Position numbers and translations under genes: made by a program
Assembly: GCA_963705305.1 (NCBI GenBank)
Contig: OY970067.1
Span: forward strand, 5,344,001 to 5,408,000
Direction of reading: 5' to 3'
Source: an uncultured Methylomirabilota bacterium
Lineage (GTDB): Bacteria > Methylomirabilota > Methylomirabilia > Methylomirabilales > 2-02-FULL-66-22
Length of the DNA: 64,000 bases
Notes under the pieces: generated by a model
The model's input: only the letters and a program-made list of their open reading frames with translations
What the model was told of the DNA's origin: nothing
Databases searched by the model: none
Shown here: one piece after another, positions 29,127 to 39,644 of the stretch
Layout: each line of letters begins with the position of its first letter
How positions within the stretch are numbered: the stretch's first letter is position 1

Positions 29127-32100
29127 GTGCCATCACCGACCAAGGACCAGCTGCTGGCAGAACGGGCTTTTCTGCGCGACCGGATCGCCGCGCTGGAGGC
29201 GCAGATCGGCGCCCACCAGCAGGCGCGCGAGGTGGCCGCGGCCCTCTCCCAGGTCGGCAAAGAGATTGCCGAGAGCCTGGATGTCTCCCAGGTCACCGAT
29301 CGGATCGTCACCGCCGTCTTGCAGCTGCTGCGAGGGCAGCGGGCAGCCCTGTTTCAGCTGGAATCCCCCGAGGGGGCCCTGATCTGCGTCGCCACTGCCG
29401 GCCCGGGCGATCGGGACAAGTGGCTGGGCAGGCGGCTGGCCCCCGGCGAGGGGATCGCGGGATGGGCCGTCTTGGACGGCCACGCCGTCTGGGCGACCAA
29501 TCTGCTCACCGACCCACGCCTCACCCTTCCGGAATTCTCGCGCGAGCGGATCCGCGAAGAGGGGTTCCGCGCCTCCGTGGGCGTGCCCCTGATCGCCCGG
29601 GGCGCGGTGATCGGCGCCCTGGTCCTGAACGACGCCGGCGGACGGCACTTCTCCGAGGATGACCTCGAGATCCTGACCTTCTTTGCCGACCAGGCGGCCG
29701 TGGCCCTGGAGAATGCCCGGCTGTACGAAGAGGAGCGGGGCCGCCGCGAGCACATCGAGGCGGTCCGGGCCGTCGGCAGGGAGTTGATCCGGGAGCTGGA
29801 TCTCTCCACCCTCTTGAAGCTCATCGTGCGCCGGGCCGCGGAGCTGGTCAGCGTCAAAAGCGGCGTGCTCTGGCTCTGGGACGAGACGGCCCGCACGCTC
29901 GTCCCGCGCTCCTGGCACGGTCTCGGCGACTGGATCGCCGAGGGGCGCCTCGGCCTCGGCGAAGGGGCGGCCGGGGTCGCGGCCGCGACGCGCGAGGGCC
30001 TCATCCTGGATGAATACCGCACCTCACCGCTGGCCCACCCCCTGATCCTGGAACATACCGACATCACCGCCGTCCTCAGCGAGCCGCTCATCTATCACAA
30101 CCGCCTGCTGGGCGTCCTGAGCCTCGACAACGCGGGCACGGGGCGCACCTTCGGCGAGCGGGATCGACAAAGCCTGCAGCTCCTGGCCGCCCATGCCGCC
30201 ATCGCCCTCGAGAACGCACGGCTCTACGAGGAGGTCCAGCGAGAGCTGGTGGAGCGCACGCGCGCGGAAGTGGCCCTGATTCGCCGCACGCAGCAGCTGG
30301 AGGCCGTGCGGGAGGTCACGGCCGAGATCACCCGCGAGCTGGACCTGACTGCGCTCCTGGGGGTGATCATTCGGGGGGCCATGGGGTTGGTGGGCGCCGT
30401 CTCCGGGGCCGTTTACCTGTGGGACGAGACCGCTCAGGTCCTGGTCCCGCAGGCCTGGCATGGCTACGGGGACTGGATGCGGTCGGTGCGCGTGCATCTC
30501 GATGAAGGGGTCGTCGGAACAGTGGCCCGTCGCCGGACGGGATTGCGTGTGGATGATTACCGCAGCTCCCCGTTCGCCCTCCCGGTCATTCTCCAGCACA
30601 CCACCGTGACCATGGCGCTGGGCCAGCCGTTGCTCTACCAGGACCGACTGCTCGGCGTCATCGTCATCAACAGCGACGAATCGCGCCAGGTCTTCGCGGC
30701 CGAAGATGAAGAGACGCTGGCCCTCTTCGCCGCGCAGGCGGCCGTCGCCATCGAGAACGCCCGGCTCTACACGGCGGTCCAACACGAGCTCCGCGAGCGC
30801 CGGCGCGCGGAGGAGACGCTGGTCGTTCGCACGCGGCAGCTCGAGGCGGTGCGCGCGGTCACGGCCGAGATCACCCAGGAGTTGGACCTCGATGCCCTCC
30901 TCGCCCTCATCCACCGACGAGCCGTGGAGCTGCTGGACGGCCGCGGAGGAATCGTCTACTTGTGGGAGGAAGCTGCCCAGCGACTGGTGCCGAAAGCCTG
31001 GCATGGCGTCCCCGACGCCATCGGCGGGCAGTCCCACCGGATCGGCGAGGGGGTGGCGGGAAGGGTGGCGGATCTCCGCTCCGGGCTGATCGTGAACGGG
31101 TACCGGACCTCGCCGTACGCCTTCCCGTCTGTCCTGGAGCAGACCGCCATCACGGCCGTCCTGGCCGAGCCCCTGCTCTACGGCGATCGCCTGCTGGGGG
31201 TCATCGGAGTTGACGACGGCGGGACCAATCGGGTGTTCACGAACCAAGACCGGGAGACGCTGGCACTTTTCGCGGCGCAGGCGGCCGTCGCCATCGAGAA
31301 CGCCCGGCTCTTCGTGGAGGCCAGGCGCAGGCAGGAAGAGCTGACGGCGCTTCTCCGCGCCTCCCGTTCGGTGATGGCGGAGCTGGATCTGCAGCGGATC
31401 CTGGAGCGGATCGTCGCGGAGGCGGCCCAGATCTCCGGCTGCTCGCACGTGAAGATCCTGCTGGTGGATCGGGCCGCGGGCGTTCTCCGGGTGGGGGCTC
31501 TGCAGGGGACGGCCATGGCCGACTCCGACCGGCTGCCGCTGGGCGTCGGGCACTCGGGCATCGTGGCCCAGACCGGCGAGCCGCTCTTCGTCGCCGACGC
31601 GCCCAGCGATCCCCGCAATGTCTATGCCCAACGGGACCGCGAATTGGGGCTCACCACCTTTCTCGGCATCCCCGTCAAGAGCCGGGGCGCAGTCCTGGGG
31701 GTTCTGAGCTTCAACACCACCGTCCCCCACCTGTACACACCCGACGAGCTGGCGTATCTCACGTCGTTCGCCGACCAGGCGGCCATCGCGATCGAGAACG
31801 CCCGCCTCTTCGCCGAGCTGAACCAGTCCTACCGCGACCTGCAGCAGGCCCAGGACGAATTGATCCGGTCGGAGAAGCTCCGCGCCCTGGGACAGATGGC
31901 GGCCGGCATCGCCCACGATCTGAACAACATGCTAGCGGCGGTCCTCGGCCAGGTGGAGCTGCTTCGGCTGCGCGCGCCGGACCGGGTGACGCGAGAGGCG
32001 CTGAAGACCCTCGAGACGGCGGCCACCGACGGCGCGCACGTCGTGCGCCGCCTGCAGGAGTTCGCCCGGCAGCGGCCGCGGTTATCCTTGAGCCCGGTCG

Positions 32101-33032
32101 ATCTGGGCCAGGCGGTCGAGGAGGCCCTGGAGATCACGCGCCCCCGATGGCGCGACGAACCCCAGCGGCTGGGACGCGTCATCGAGGCGCGCACCATGCT
32201 GGACGGTCTGCCCCACATCCTTGGACACGCGCCCGAGATCCGTGAGGTCCTGATCAACCTGATCCTGAACGCCGTGGATGCCATGCCCCAGGGCGGGACG
32301 CTGGCGCTGGCCGGTCGCGCGGTGGCGGCACTGCGGGGCCAGCAAGGGACGGGCCAGTGGGTTGAGCTGACCGTCAGCGATACCGGATGCGGCATGACGG
32401 AAGAGGTGCGGCGGAGGATCTTCGAGCCATTCTTCACCACCAAGGGCATGCACGGAACCGGGCTCGGCCTCTCCGTCGTGTACGGCATCATGGAGCGTCA
32501 CCGGGGCCGCATCCAAGTCGTGTCGGCGCCGGGGCAGGGGACAACGTTCACCCTCCGGTTCGAGGCCGTCCCTCCGCAGGCGGCCGTTGCACCGCCGGTC
32601 GCCGCCGCCACCCTCCCCGCACGCAGGCGCATCCTCCTGATCGACGACGACCCCGGCGTCCGCCAGACGCTGGGCAGTCTGCTCCGGGCAGTGGGCCACC
32701 AGGTCGTCGAGGCAGCCGGGGGCGCGGACGGGTTGGCGCGTTTTGCCGAGGGGGCCGTGGACCTGGTGCTGACGGACCTGGGCATGCCGGAGATGAACGG
32801 GTGGGAAGTGGCGCGCGCCGTCAAGGCTGCCTCCCCGCGGCTGCCGGTCGTCCTCCTCACGGGATGGGGAGAGCACGCCTCCGCCGAGGCGGACGCGGCC
32901 CGCGCGCGCGAGGTCGTGAATCGCATCCTCGGCAAGCCCTTCCGGCTGGAGGAGCTCCTCCGCACGATCGGAGACCTCACCCCCCGGGCCGCCGCCGACT
33001 CGGAGATCCCCCCGCAGGCTCCCGCCGGCTGA
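29127..33032 (+). CDS. cytoplasmic hybrid sensor histidine kinase (5x GAF, HisKA, HATPase, REC)
   Basis: Five repeats ending AxQAAxAIENARL; IAHDLNN H-box; NLILNAVDAM, DTGCGM, GTGLGL; C-terminal LIDDD..TDLGMP..GKP. Confidence 0.95.
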   Translation: MPSPTKDQLLAERAFLRDRIAALEAQIGAHQQAREVAAALSQVGKEIAESLDVSQVTDRIVTAVLQLLRGQRAALFQLESPEGALICVATAGPGDRDKWLGRRLAPGEGIAGWAVLDGHAVWATNLLTDPRLTLPEFSRERIREEGFRASVGVPLIARGAVIGALVLNDAGGRHFSEDDLEILTFFADQAAVALENARLYEEERGRREHIEAVRAVGRELIRELDLSTLLKLIVRRAAELVSVKSGVLWLWDETARTLVPRSWHGLGDWIAEGRLGLGEGAAGVAAATREGLILDEYRTSPLAHPLILEHTDITAVLSEPLIYHNRLLGVLSLDNAGTGRTFGERDRQSLQLLAAHAAIALENARLYEEVQRELVERTRAEVALIRRTQQLEAVREVTAEITRELDLTALLGVIIRGAMGLVGAVSGAVYLWDETAQVLVPQAWHGYGDWMRSVRVHLDEGVVGTVARRRTGLRVDDYRSSPFALPVILQHTTVTMALGQPLLYQDRLLGVIVINSDESRQVFAAEDEETLALFAAQAAVAIENARLYTAVQHELRERRRAEETLVVRTRQLEAVRAVTAEITQELDLDALLALIHRRAVELLDGRGGIVYLWEEAAQRLVPKAWHGVPDAIGGQSHRIGEGVAGRVADLRSGLIVNGYRTSPYAFPSVLEQTAITAVLAEPLLYGDRLLGVIGVDDGGTNRVFTNQDRETLALFAAQAAVAIENARLFVEARRRQEELTALLRASRSVMAELDLQRILERIVAEAAQISGCSHVKILLVDRAAGVLRVGALQGTAMADSDRLPLGVGHSGIVAQTGEPLFVADAPSDPRNVYAQRDRELGLTTFLGIPVKSRGAVLGVLSFNTTVPHLYTPDELAYLTSFADQAAIAIENARLFAELNQSYRDLQQAQDELIRSEKLRALGQMAAGIAHDLNNMLAAVLGQVELLRLRAPDRVTREALKTLETAATDGAHVVRRLQEFARQRPRLSLSPVDLGQAVEEALEITRPRWRDEPQRLGRVIEARTMLDGLPHILGHAPEIREVLINLILNAVDAMPQGGTLALAGRAVAALRGQQGTGQWVELTVSDTGCGMTEEVRRRIFEPFFTTKGMHGTGLGLSVVYGIMERHRGRIQVVSAPGQGTTFTLRFEAVPPQAAVAPPVAAATLPARRRILLIDDDPGVRQTLGSLLRAVGHQVVEAAGGADGLARFAEGAVDLVLTDLGMPEMNGWEVARAVKAASPRLPVVLLTGWGEHASAEADAARAREVVNRILGKPFRLEELLRTIGDLTPRAAADSEIPPQAPAG

Positions 33033-33123
33033 ACCACGAGGGACTTGCCAAGCGCCTCCTCGGAGGCGAGAATCATCCGGCGGCCCCCGTCCGCGGCCTC
33101 GAACCCCACGGCCCCCAAGGAGT

Positions 33124-34911
33124 ATGTTGGAGGGAGCAGCTATCGCGCGTCTCTGGCAGTACGTCTGGCCCATCCTCCGCCGCTATCGGCGGCTGTTCCT
33201 CTGGGGCATCCTGGCCCTGCTGGCCACCGACGCCACGAGCCTCTTGATTCCATGGCTGGTGCGTCGCGCTCTGGACAACTTCTCGGCGGCCCCGGCCCGC
33301 CGTCTGGCCCTCCTGGACTATCCCGCGCTCATCCTCCTGGCGGCCTGCGCCCAGGGCGTCTTCCGGTACTTCTGGCGCACCCGGGTTTTCGGTTTCTCCC
33401 GCCACATCGAATGGGACCTGCGCAACGTCCTCCTCGCTCACCTGCAGCGCCTTCCGCTGCGGTACTTCCAGCACGTAAAGACTGGCGATCTCATGTCCCG
33501 CCTCACCAACGATCTGGCTTCCGTGCGGGAGATGCTGGGCATCGGCGCCGTGGCGGGGCTGGACGGGGCCGTCCTGATCCTGTCTGCCGTCCCTTTGATG
33601 GTCGCCATCGATCCCTCCCTCACCCTCTGGTCGCTCGTGGCCCTGCCGGGGATCACCCTCGTCGTTCTCGGCTTCGGCAACCGCATCCATCGCGGACACC
33701 GGGAGGTCCAGCAGCTGCTGGGAAAGGTGAGCATCTTCGTGCAGGAGACGCTGGCGGGCATCCGCGTCGTGCAGGCCCATGCCCAGGAGGAGAACCAGCG
33801 GCGACGCTTCGCCGAACTCAGCGCCGAGTACATGCGCAAGAACCTGGCCATCGCGCGCCTCAGCGGCCTGCTATGGCCACTCATGGCGGTCTTCTCCGGT
33901 GCGGCGGCGGCGATCGTCCTCTGGCTGGGGGGCAGCCGAGTCCTGGCGGGCCGCATGACCATCGGGGAATTCGTGCAGTTCAACAGCTACCTCGTCATGC
34001 TCACCTGGCCGGTGATGGCCGTCGGCTACGTGGTGAACCTCTACCAGCGCGGGACCTCGGCGTTGGGGCGCCTGGCGGAGATCCTGGACACGCCCATCGC
34101 CCCCGGTCACCGCGTGCCGGACGACGGCATGCCGAGGCGCTTGCGGGGCGAGATCGAGCTCCAGGGCCTGTCCTTCTGCTATAACGAGGGCGGCCGGCCG
34201 ATCCTGGAGGACATCTGGCTGACCATCCCGGCCGGCAGCCGGTGCAGCATCGTGGGCGAGGTGGGGGCGGGCAAGAGCACCCTGGTAAACCTGATCGCCC
34301 GGCTCTACGAGGCACCCGAGGGCACGCTCTTCCTCGACGGCCGGGACATTCGGACGATCCCCCTCTCCCGCCTGCGCGCCTCGACCGGACTGGTTTCGCA
34401 GGACATCTTCCTCTTCTCCGAAACCATCCGTGAGAATATCCTCTTCGGACGTCCCGAGGCCACAGTCCAGGACGTGGAAGAGGCCGCCCGGGTGGCCGCC
34501 CTGCTGCCCAGCATCCGGGAGTTCCCGGACCGGCTCGACACCGAGCTGGGGGAGCGGGGTGTGCGCCTTTCCGGCGGGCAGAAGCAGCGCACGGCCCTGG
34601 CCCGGGCCCTCATCCGGAACCCGGCCATCCTGATCCTGGACGACGCCTTCTCCAACCTGGACGTCCAGACCGAGGAGAGCATCCTGCGCGAGCTCTCGGC
34701 GGCGATGGAGGGGCGGACCACGATCATCATCTCCCACCGCATCTCGACGGTGAAGCACGCCGACCAGATCGTCTATCTGAAGGACGGGCGGATCGTGGAG
34801 CGGGGCACGCACGCCGAGCTGCTGGCGCGCGAGGGATACTACCACCGCCTGTACCGGCGACAGCTGCTGGTCAGCGAGATCGAAGCCCTGACCGACCGGG
34901 AGAACGGCTAG
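33124..34911 (+). CDS. ABC exporter half-transporter (MdlA-like)
   Basis: TMD plus NBD; GEVGAGKST, LSGGQKQR, Walker B ILDD (non-canonical). Confidence 0.93.
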   Translation: MLEGAAIARLWQYVWPILRRYRRLFLWGILALLATDATSLLIPWLVRRALDNFSAAPARRLALLDYPALILLAACAQGVFRYFWRTRVFGFSRHIEWDLRNVLLAHLQRLPLRYFQHVKTGDLMSRLTNDLASVREMLGIGAVAGLDGAVLILSAVPLMVAIDPSLTLWSLVALPGITLVVLGFGNRIHRGHREVQQLLGKVSIFVQETLAGIRVVQAHAQEENQRRRFAELSAEYMRKNLAIARLSGLLWPLMAVFSGAAAAIVLWLGGSRVLAGRMTIGEFVQFNSYLVMLTWPVMAVGYVVNLYQRGTSALGRLAEILDTPIAPGHRVPDDGMPRRLRGEIELQGLSFCYNEGGRPILEDIWLTIPAGSRCSIVGEVGAGKSTLVNLIARLYEAPEGTLFLDGRDIRTIPLSRLRASTGLVSQDIFLFSETIRENILFGRPEATVQDVEEAARVAALLPSIREFPDRLDTELGERGVRLSGGQKQRTALARALIRNPAILILDDAFSNLDVQTEESILRELSAAMEGRTTIIISHRISTVKHADQIVYLKDGRIVERGTHAELLAREGYYHRLYRRQLLVSEIEALTDRENG

Positions 34912-34913
34912 CC

Positions 34914-36692
34914 ATGCATGGGCCCCACGTCCACATCGACGACGAGGTGCTGGGGAAGGCCTACGACGCCCAGCTGGCCCTCCGCCTGCTGGGGTATCTC
35001 TCGCCCTACTGGCTGCCGGTCCTGCTGGCCCTGGGGCTCTTGGCCGGCTACATCGGATCACAGCTTTTGGGGCCCTATCTGGTCAAGGTGGCCATCGACC
35101 GGTACATCGCCGCCAAGAACCTCGCCGGCCTGGACCGGGTGGCCGCGCTCTACCTGGGCGCCGTGGTCCTCGGGTTCCTGCTGCAATTCGGCTACTCCTA
35201 TCTCACCCAGTACGTCGGTCAGCGGATCATGGACGACCTGCGACGCCAGCTGTTCGGTCATCTGGTCGGCCATGACCTCGCCTTTTTCGACCGGAACCCC
35301 GTCGGCCGCCTCATGACCCGCGTCATCAACGACGTGGAGAATCTGAACGAGCTGCTCAGCTCCGGGGTCGTGGCCGTGCTGGGAGACAGCCTGATGATCC
35401 TGGGGATCGCCGGTGCCATGTTCTTTCTGGACTGGCGCCTGGGAACCCTTGGGCTGGCCTTGCTGCCCCTCATGCTGGTGGCCACCAACGCCTACCGCCG
35501 CCGGGCTCGGGAGACCTATCGGGACAGCCGCCGGATCCTCGCCCGCCTGAACGGGTATCTGAACGAGAACATCTCGGGCATGGCTACCGTCCAATCTTTC
35601 GGCCAGGAGCAGGGAAACTACTTGAAGTTCAAGGAGATCAACAGCCGAAACCGGGATGCCCTGCTGAGGAGCGTCCACTACAATGCCATGTTCTTCCCCC
35701 TGGTCGAGGTGTGCAGCGCCGCCACCGTTGGCCTCATCCTGTGGCGCGGCGGGGGGTTGATCCTGGACCATCGACTGCTGCCGGGGGTGATCGTCGCCTT
35801 CATCCAGTACGTGCAGCGGATGTTCCAGCCCATCCGCGACCTGGCGGAGAAGTACAACATCTTTCAGGCGGCCATGGCCAGCAGCGAGCGAATCTTCCGC
35901 CTGCTGGATACGCCGCCGAAGATCCTGAGTCCCCTTCGGCCGAGCACCCCGCCTCGGGTGCGGGGAGCCATCGAGTTCCAGGATGTCTGGCTCTCATACC
36001 TGCCCGGCGAACCGGTCCTCCGCGGCATATCCTTCCGGGTCGAGCCCGGGGAGAAGATTGCGCTGGTCGGCCCCACCGGGCACGGCAAGACTTCGATCAT
36101 CTCCGCCCTGTGCCGCTTCTACGACGTGGAGCGCGGGCGGATCCTGGTGGACGGCCTGGACATCCGCGACTGGGACAAGACCCTCCTGCGGCGGCACATC
36201 GGGCTGGTGCTCCAGGACATCTTCCTGTTTTCCGGGTCCGTGGAGGAGAATATCGGTCTGGCCAACCCAGAGATCGGTCCCGACCGGATCGAGGAGGCCG
36301 CCCGGCGGGTGCACGCCAGCCGCTTCATCGAGCGGCTGCCGGGCCGCTACCGGGAGGTGCTGGAAGAGCGCGGGGCGACGCTCTCACACGGGGAGCGGCA
36401 GCTTTTGTCCTTCGCCAGGGCGCTGGCCTTCGACCCCGCCATCCTGATTCTGGACGAGGCCACCAGCTCCGTGGACACGGAGACCGAACTGCTCATTCAG
36501 GACGCCCTGCGGGTCCTGCTGCAAGAGCGGACAGCCATCATCGTGGCGCACCGCCTCTCCACCATCCAGTTCTGCGACCGTATCCTGGTGATCCACAAGG
36601 GGCGCATCCGCGAGGAGGGAACGCACACCGCCCTGCTGGCCAACGGGGGCCTGTATAGTCAGTTGCACGCACTCCAGTATCAGCTGACTTGA
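34914..36692 (+). CDS. ABC exporter half-transporter (MdlB-like)
   Basis: TMD plus NBD; GPTGHGKT, LSHGERQ (degenerate signature), ILDEATS. Confidence 0.93.
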   Translation: MHGPHVHIDDEVLGKAYDAQLALRLLGYLSPYWLPVLLALGLLAGYIGSQLLGPYLVKVAIDRYIAAKNLAGLDRVAALYLGAVVLGFLLQFGYSYLTQYVGQRIMDDLRRQLFGHLVGHDLAFFDRNPVGRLMTRVINDVENLNELLSSGVVAVLGDSLMILGIAGAMFFLDWRLGTLGLALLPLMLVATNAYRRRARETYRDSRRILARLNGYLNENISGMATVQSFGQEQGNYLKFKEINSRNRDALLRSVHYNAMFFPLVEVCSAATVGLILWRGGGLILDHRLLPGVIVAFIQYVQRMFQPIRDLAEKYNIFQAAMASSERIFRLLDTPPKILSPLRPSTPPRVRGAIEFQDVWLSYLPGEPVLRGISFRVEPGEKIALVGPTGHGKTSIISALCRFYDVERGRILVDGLDIRDWDKTLLRRHIGLVLQDIFLFSGSVEENIGLANPEIGPDRIEEAARRVHASRFIERLPGRYREVLEERGATLSHGERQLLSFARALAFDPAILILDEATSSVDTETELLIQDALRVLLQERTAIIVAHRLSTIQFCDRILVIHKGRIREEGTHTALLANGGLYSQLHALQYQLT

Positions 36693-36717
36693 CGGGACGC
36701 GAACGGGACGCTATCGT
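36689..36717 (+). promoter_or_regulatory. candidate sigma70 promoter for the CAP gene
   Basis: TTGACG-17 nt-TATCGT. Confidence 0.4.
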
Positions 36718-36771
36718 CCGCCCGCAGGGGACGGCGGAGGCGGGTGCGCCGGGGGGCTGGAGGAATCCGGG

Positions 36772-37488
36772 ATGGCCGACGATTCGATGTCGGAGTGCCG
36801 GGAACGGCCGCCACGCGGGGGGAGGCGGCTCCCCTCTCGCCGCACGGGAGCGTGGATCTGCCTGATGGCCCTGGGGGCCGCGCTGACGGCCGCGGCGTCC
36901 GGGTCGGCCAAGGACAAACCGCCGGAGGCCATGGATCCGGCCGAGACGGCGGTCCTGGAAGAGGTGAATCTGGCGCGCACCCACCCCGCCGAATACGCAA
37001 CCTACGTGGAAGAGCACAAGCGAAACTTCAAGGGGCCGATCGCCGTGGTGGTCGATGGGCGGAAGATCACCCGGACCGTCGAGGGGTTCAGAGCCGTCGA
37101 TGAGGCCATCGCGTTCCTGCAGAGCGTCAAGCCGGTGCCCGCCCTGTCGGCGTCCGGCCCGCTGACGCGGGCGGCCAGGGATCACGTCATGGACACCGGG
37201 CCCAGCGGGATAACCGGACATATCGGCACGGACGGCAGCCACCCGTGGGAGCGGCTGGCCAGGTACGGGAGGCCGGGGACAGTTAGCGGGGAGGTGATCA
37301 ACTACGGCGCCATCACCCCCCGCTCGATCATTGTCCAGCTCATCGTGGACGACGGGGTTCCCGATCGGGCCCATCGAAAGACGCTCTTCGAGCCCGACTT
37401 TCGGGTTGCCGGCGTGGCCATGGGTCCGCACAAGACCTTCGAATTGATGTGCGTCATCGACTTTGCCGATCGCATGCGCGCCAAGTAA
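36772..37488 (+). CDS. secreted CAP/SCP domain protein
   Basis: EVNLART, AARDH, GHIGTDGS, LIVDDGVPDRAHR, CVIDFA. Confidence 0.88.
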   Translation: MADDSMSECRERPPRGGRRLPSRRTGAWICLMALGAALTAAASGSAKDKPPEAMDPAETAVLEEVNLARTHPAEYATYVEEHKRNFKGPIAVVVDGRKITRTVEGFRAVDEAIAFLQSVKPVPALSASGPLTRAARDHVMDTGPSGITGHIGTDGSHPWERLARYGRPGTVSGEVINYGAITPRSIIVQLIVDDGVPDRAHRKTLFEPDFRVAGVAMGPHKTFELMCVIDFADRMRAK

Positions 37489-37709
37489 CCGGTCCCCGGC
37501 CGGGCGGCGAATGCTTCCGGCTCGCTCGTCTCCGGCCCGTTCAAACCTTGACTCCCCGACTGCTTTTGTGGTTTGATCCGGGCGGGTGCCGGCTGGATTG
37601 CCTGTCATTCCGGCAGCCGGCTGGAAATGCCTGCGTCGGAACCCTTGCGCGGTTGTCCGCACGGGGCCGGCAGAAGACCAGGCACACAACAGAATCGGAG
37701 GGCCAAGGC

Positions 37710-39044
37710 ATGGAGCCGCGTATCCTCGTGGTAGACGATGACACGCTGATCCGCCGCATCATGAAGGACACTTTATCCGCTCTCCCGGCTACGATCCTGG
37801 AAGCCGCCACCGGAGAGGATGCGATCGCGGTTGCCAAGGCCGAACGGCCGGATCTCATCTTCCTGGACACGATGATGCCCGGGATGGACGGTTTCCAGAC
37901 CGCGGAGCGCTTGAAGCTGGACGCAACCACAGCGCAGATCCCGCTGATTTTTGTGAGCGCCCTGGGCACCTCCAGCCACAAGGTGCGGGGCCTCGATTTG
38001 GGCGCCGAAGACTACCTGTCCAAGCCAATCGACCCCGAGGAGCTCAAGGCCCGCACCCGCTCGGTTCTTCGACGGGCGCGCCCGGCTGCTCCACCCCCCG
38101 CCGCGCCCGCCCCGCCGCCGACGACCGCCGCGCTAGCCACCGGCCAGCTGCAAGCCATGCCGCCGGTCTCTCTCCTGCGCTGGCTGGGAATCGAGCGGCG
38201 AAGCGGCCGGCTGCTGCTGACACGGGGGGGCATGGAGGGTGAGATTCTCCTGGTGGACGGGATGATCACGCGGGCGGGACAGGGCCAGCGGCGGGGAAAC
38301 GCGGCCCTCTTCGAGTTGCTCGGCTGGCGCGATGGGACGTTCGAGATCCTGGCATTGCCCGAGGACGCGGCGGCGCGTGGTGGCGAGGTCATGGGTGTGA
38401 GCGAAGACATCCTCCAAGAGGGGATTCGCCGCCTGGAGGAGATCCCCCAACTGCGGGCCGATTTGCCCGGGCCGGGAATCCCCTTGGAGGTGCCCCCGGT
38501 CATCCGTGCCGCCGTCCGATCGGAGGTGCCTCCCGAGGCAGTCGTCCTGCTGAGCCTCCTGGACGGGTCCCGCCACCTGGATCAAATCCTGGCCGAGAGT
38601 CCGGTGGACTCCTGGATGACCCTCACGCTCCTCCATCGATTGTTGCAACTCGGTGTCCTGGGCTGGACCGCCGAGCCGTCGGGGGCCCGGCGCATTATTC
38701 CGCGCGTACCGACAGAGGGGGCCTTGCAATACCAGGTTCTCCGAGACATGCCGCAGGCCATCTGCTATACGTTATCCACGCGGGGGATGTTCATTCACAC
38801 CCCCGAGCCGTACCCGGTAGGAGAGCAGGTGCTTCTCCGCTTCCAGATGCCGGGCGGTACGGCCTGGATCACGGCCATCGGGAAGGTCATCTGGCAGAAC
38901 GCGGACTCGCAGGAGGCCAAGCCCGACGAGCTCGGCATGGGATTGCAGTTCACCGAGATCGTGCCCCAGGCCTTGGAGTCCATCGAGCGGTGGCTATCGC
39001 ATGGGGTGGCGGCGGAGCTTCGCTCGACCCTGCAAGCCGATTAG
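37710..39044 (+). CDS. response regulator: REC, DUF4388-like and PilZ domains
   Basis: ILVVDDD..FLDTMMP..SKP; GQL..SGRLLL..LLGWRDGTF; RIIPR..LSTRGMFI..GMGLQF. Confidence 0.85.
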   Translation: MEPRILVVDDDTLIRRIMKDTLSALPATILEAATGEDAIAVAKAERPDLIFLDTMMPGMDGFQTAERLKLDATTAQIPLIFVSALGTSSHKVRGLDLGAEDYLSKPIDPEELKARTRSVLRRARPAAPPPAAPAPPPTTAALATGQLQAMPPVSLLRWLGIERRSGRLLLTRGGMEGEILLVDGMITRAGQGQRRGNAALFELLGWRDGTFEILALPEDAAARGGEVMGVSEDILQEGIRRLEEIPQLRADLPGPGIPLEVPPVIRAAVRSEVPPEAVVLLSLLDGSRHLDQILAESPVDSWMTLTLLHRLLQLGVLGWTAEPSGARRIIPRVPTEGALQYQVLRDMPQAICYTLSTRGMFIHTPEPYPVGEQVLLRFQMPGGTAWITAIGKVIWQNADSQEAKPDELGMGLQFTEIVPQALESIERWLSHGVAAELRSTLQAD

Positions 39045-39420
39045 TGTCGTGAGTAAGAAATTCGCTGACAAATCGAGGCCCTCGGGATTGCCCCAAGCCC
39101 GCCGGGCCACACCCAGCCTGCGGCTGGGTACCCGGCCAGCCGGCGGGCACCCATTGCGCGTCAGCATCGCAATGGGTCGCCGCCGTGGCCTCCCAAATAC
39201 TCGTGCGCACACCAAGGCACCGTCCACGGCGCGACGCGTCCCGTCCGGGACGGCGGCGCCGGAGCAAGGCTGGCCGGTCTTCGACGAGGCCCCAGGCGGG
39301 AGAGGGACAGTCCCGGGGGCCGGTAAGATTGTCGCGGACTTCCGACTCGGGACACTAGCAGGTTCTGAAAATCTCGTTTCGCCGCAGGCCGCGGCAGCCG
39401 CCGGGTAGGCCCATTCATGT

Positions 39421-39612
39421 TTAAAGCGGCCGATCGGCCTTGCCCGCACAGCGGCGGCAGGTGGGAGGCTCGGCGGACGCCAGGCAGCCGTGGTGGACCA
39501 TCCCCCGGCACACCGTACAGACAGGGAACGGTTTTCCCCGAATCAGCGCCGCGATCCCCCGCAGCTCCTTCCCGCATACAGCACATCGCCACTTCAGGGT
39601 CGCGTTCTGCAT
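39421..39612 (-). CDS. 63-aa C4HC3 zinc-finger microprotein (PHD/Prok-RING-like)
   Basis: CAVC-x18-CTVC-x4-HHGC-x8-CRRC. Confidence 0.65.
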   Translation of the reverse strand: MQNATLKWRCAVCGKELRGIAALIRGKPFPVCTVCRGMVHHGCLASAEPPTCRRCAGKADRPL

Positions 39613-39644
39613 CTGGGGCCCCCGGCCCTCTCGCCCCCTTCACA

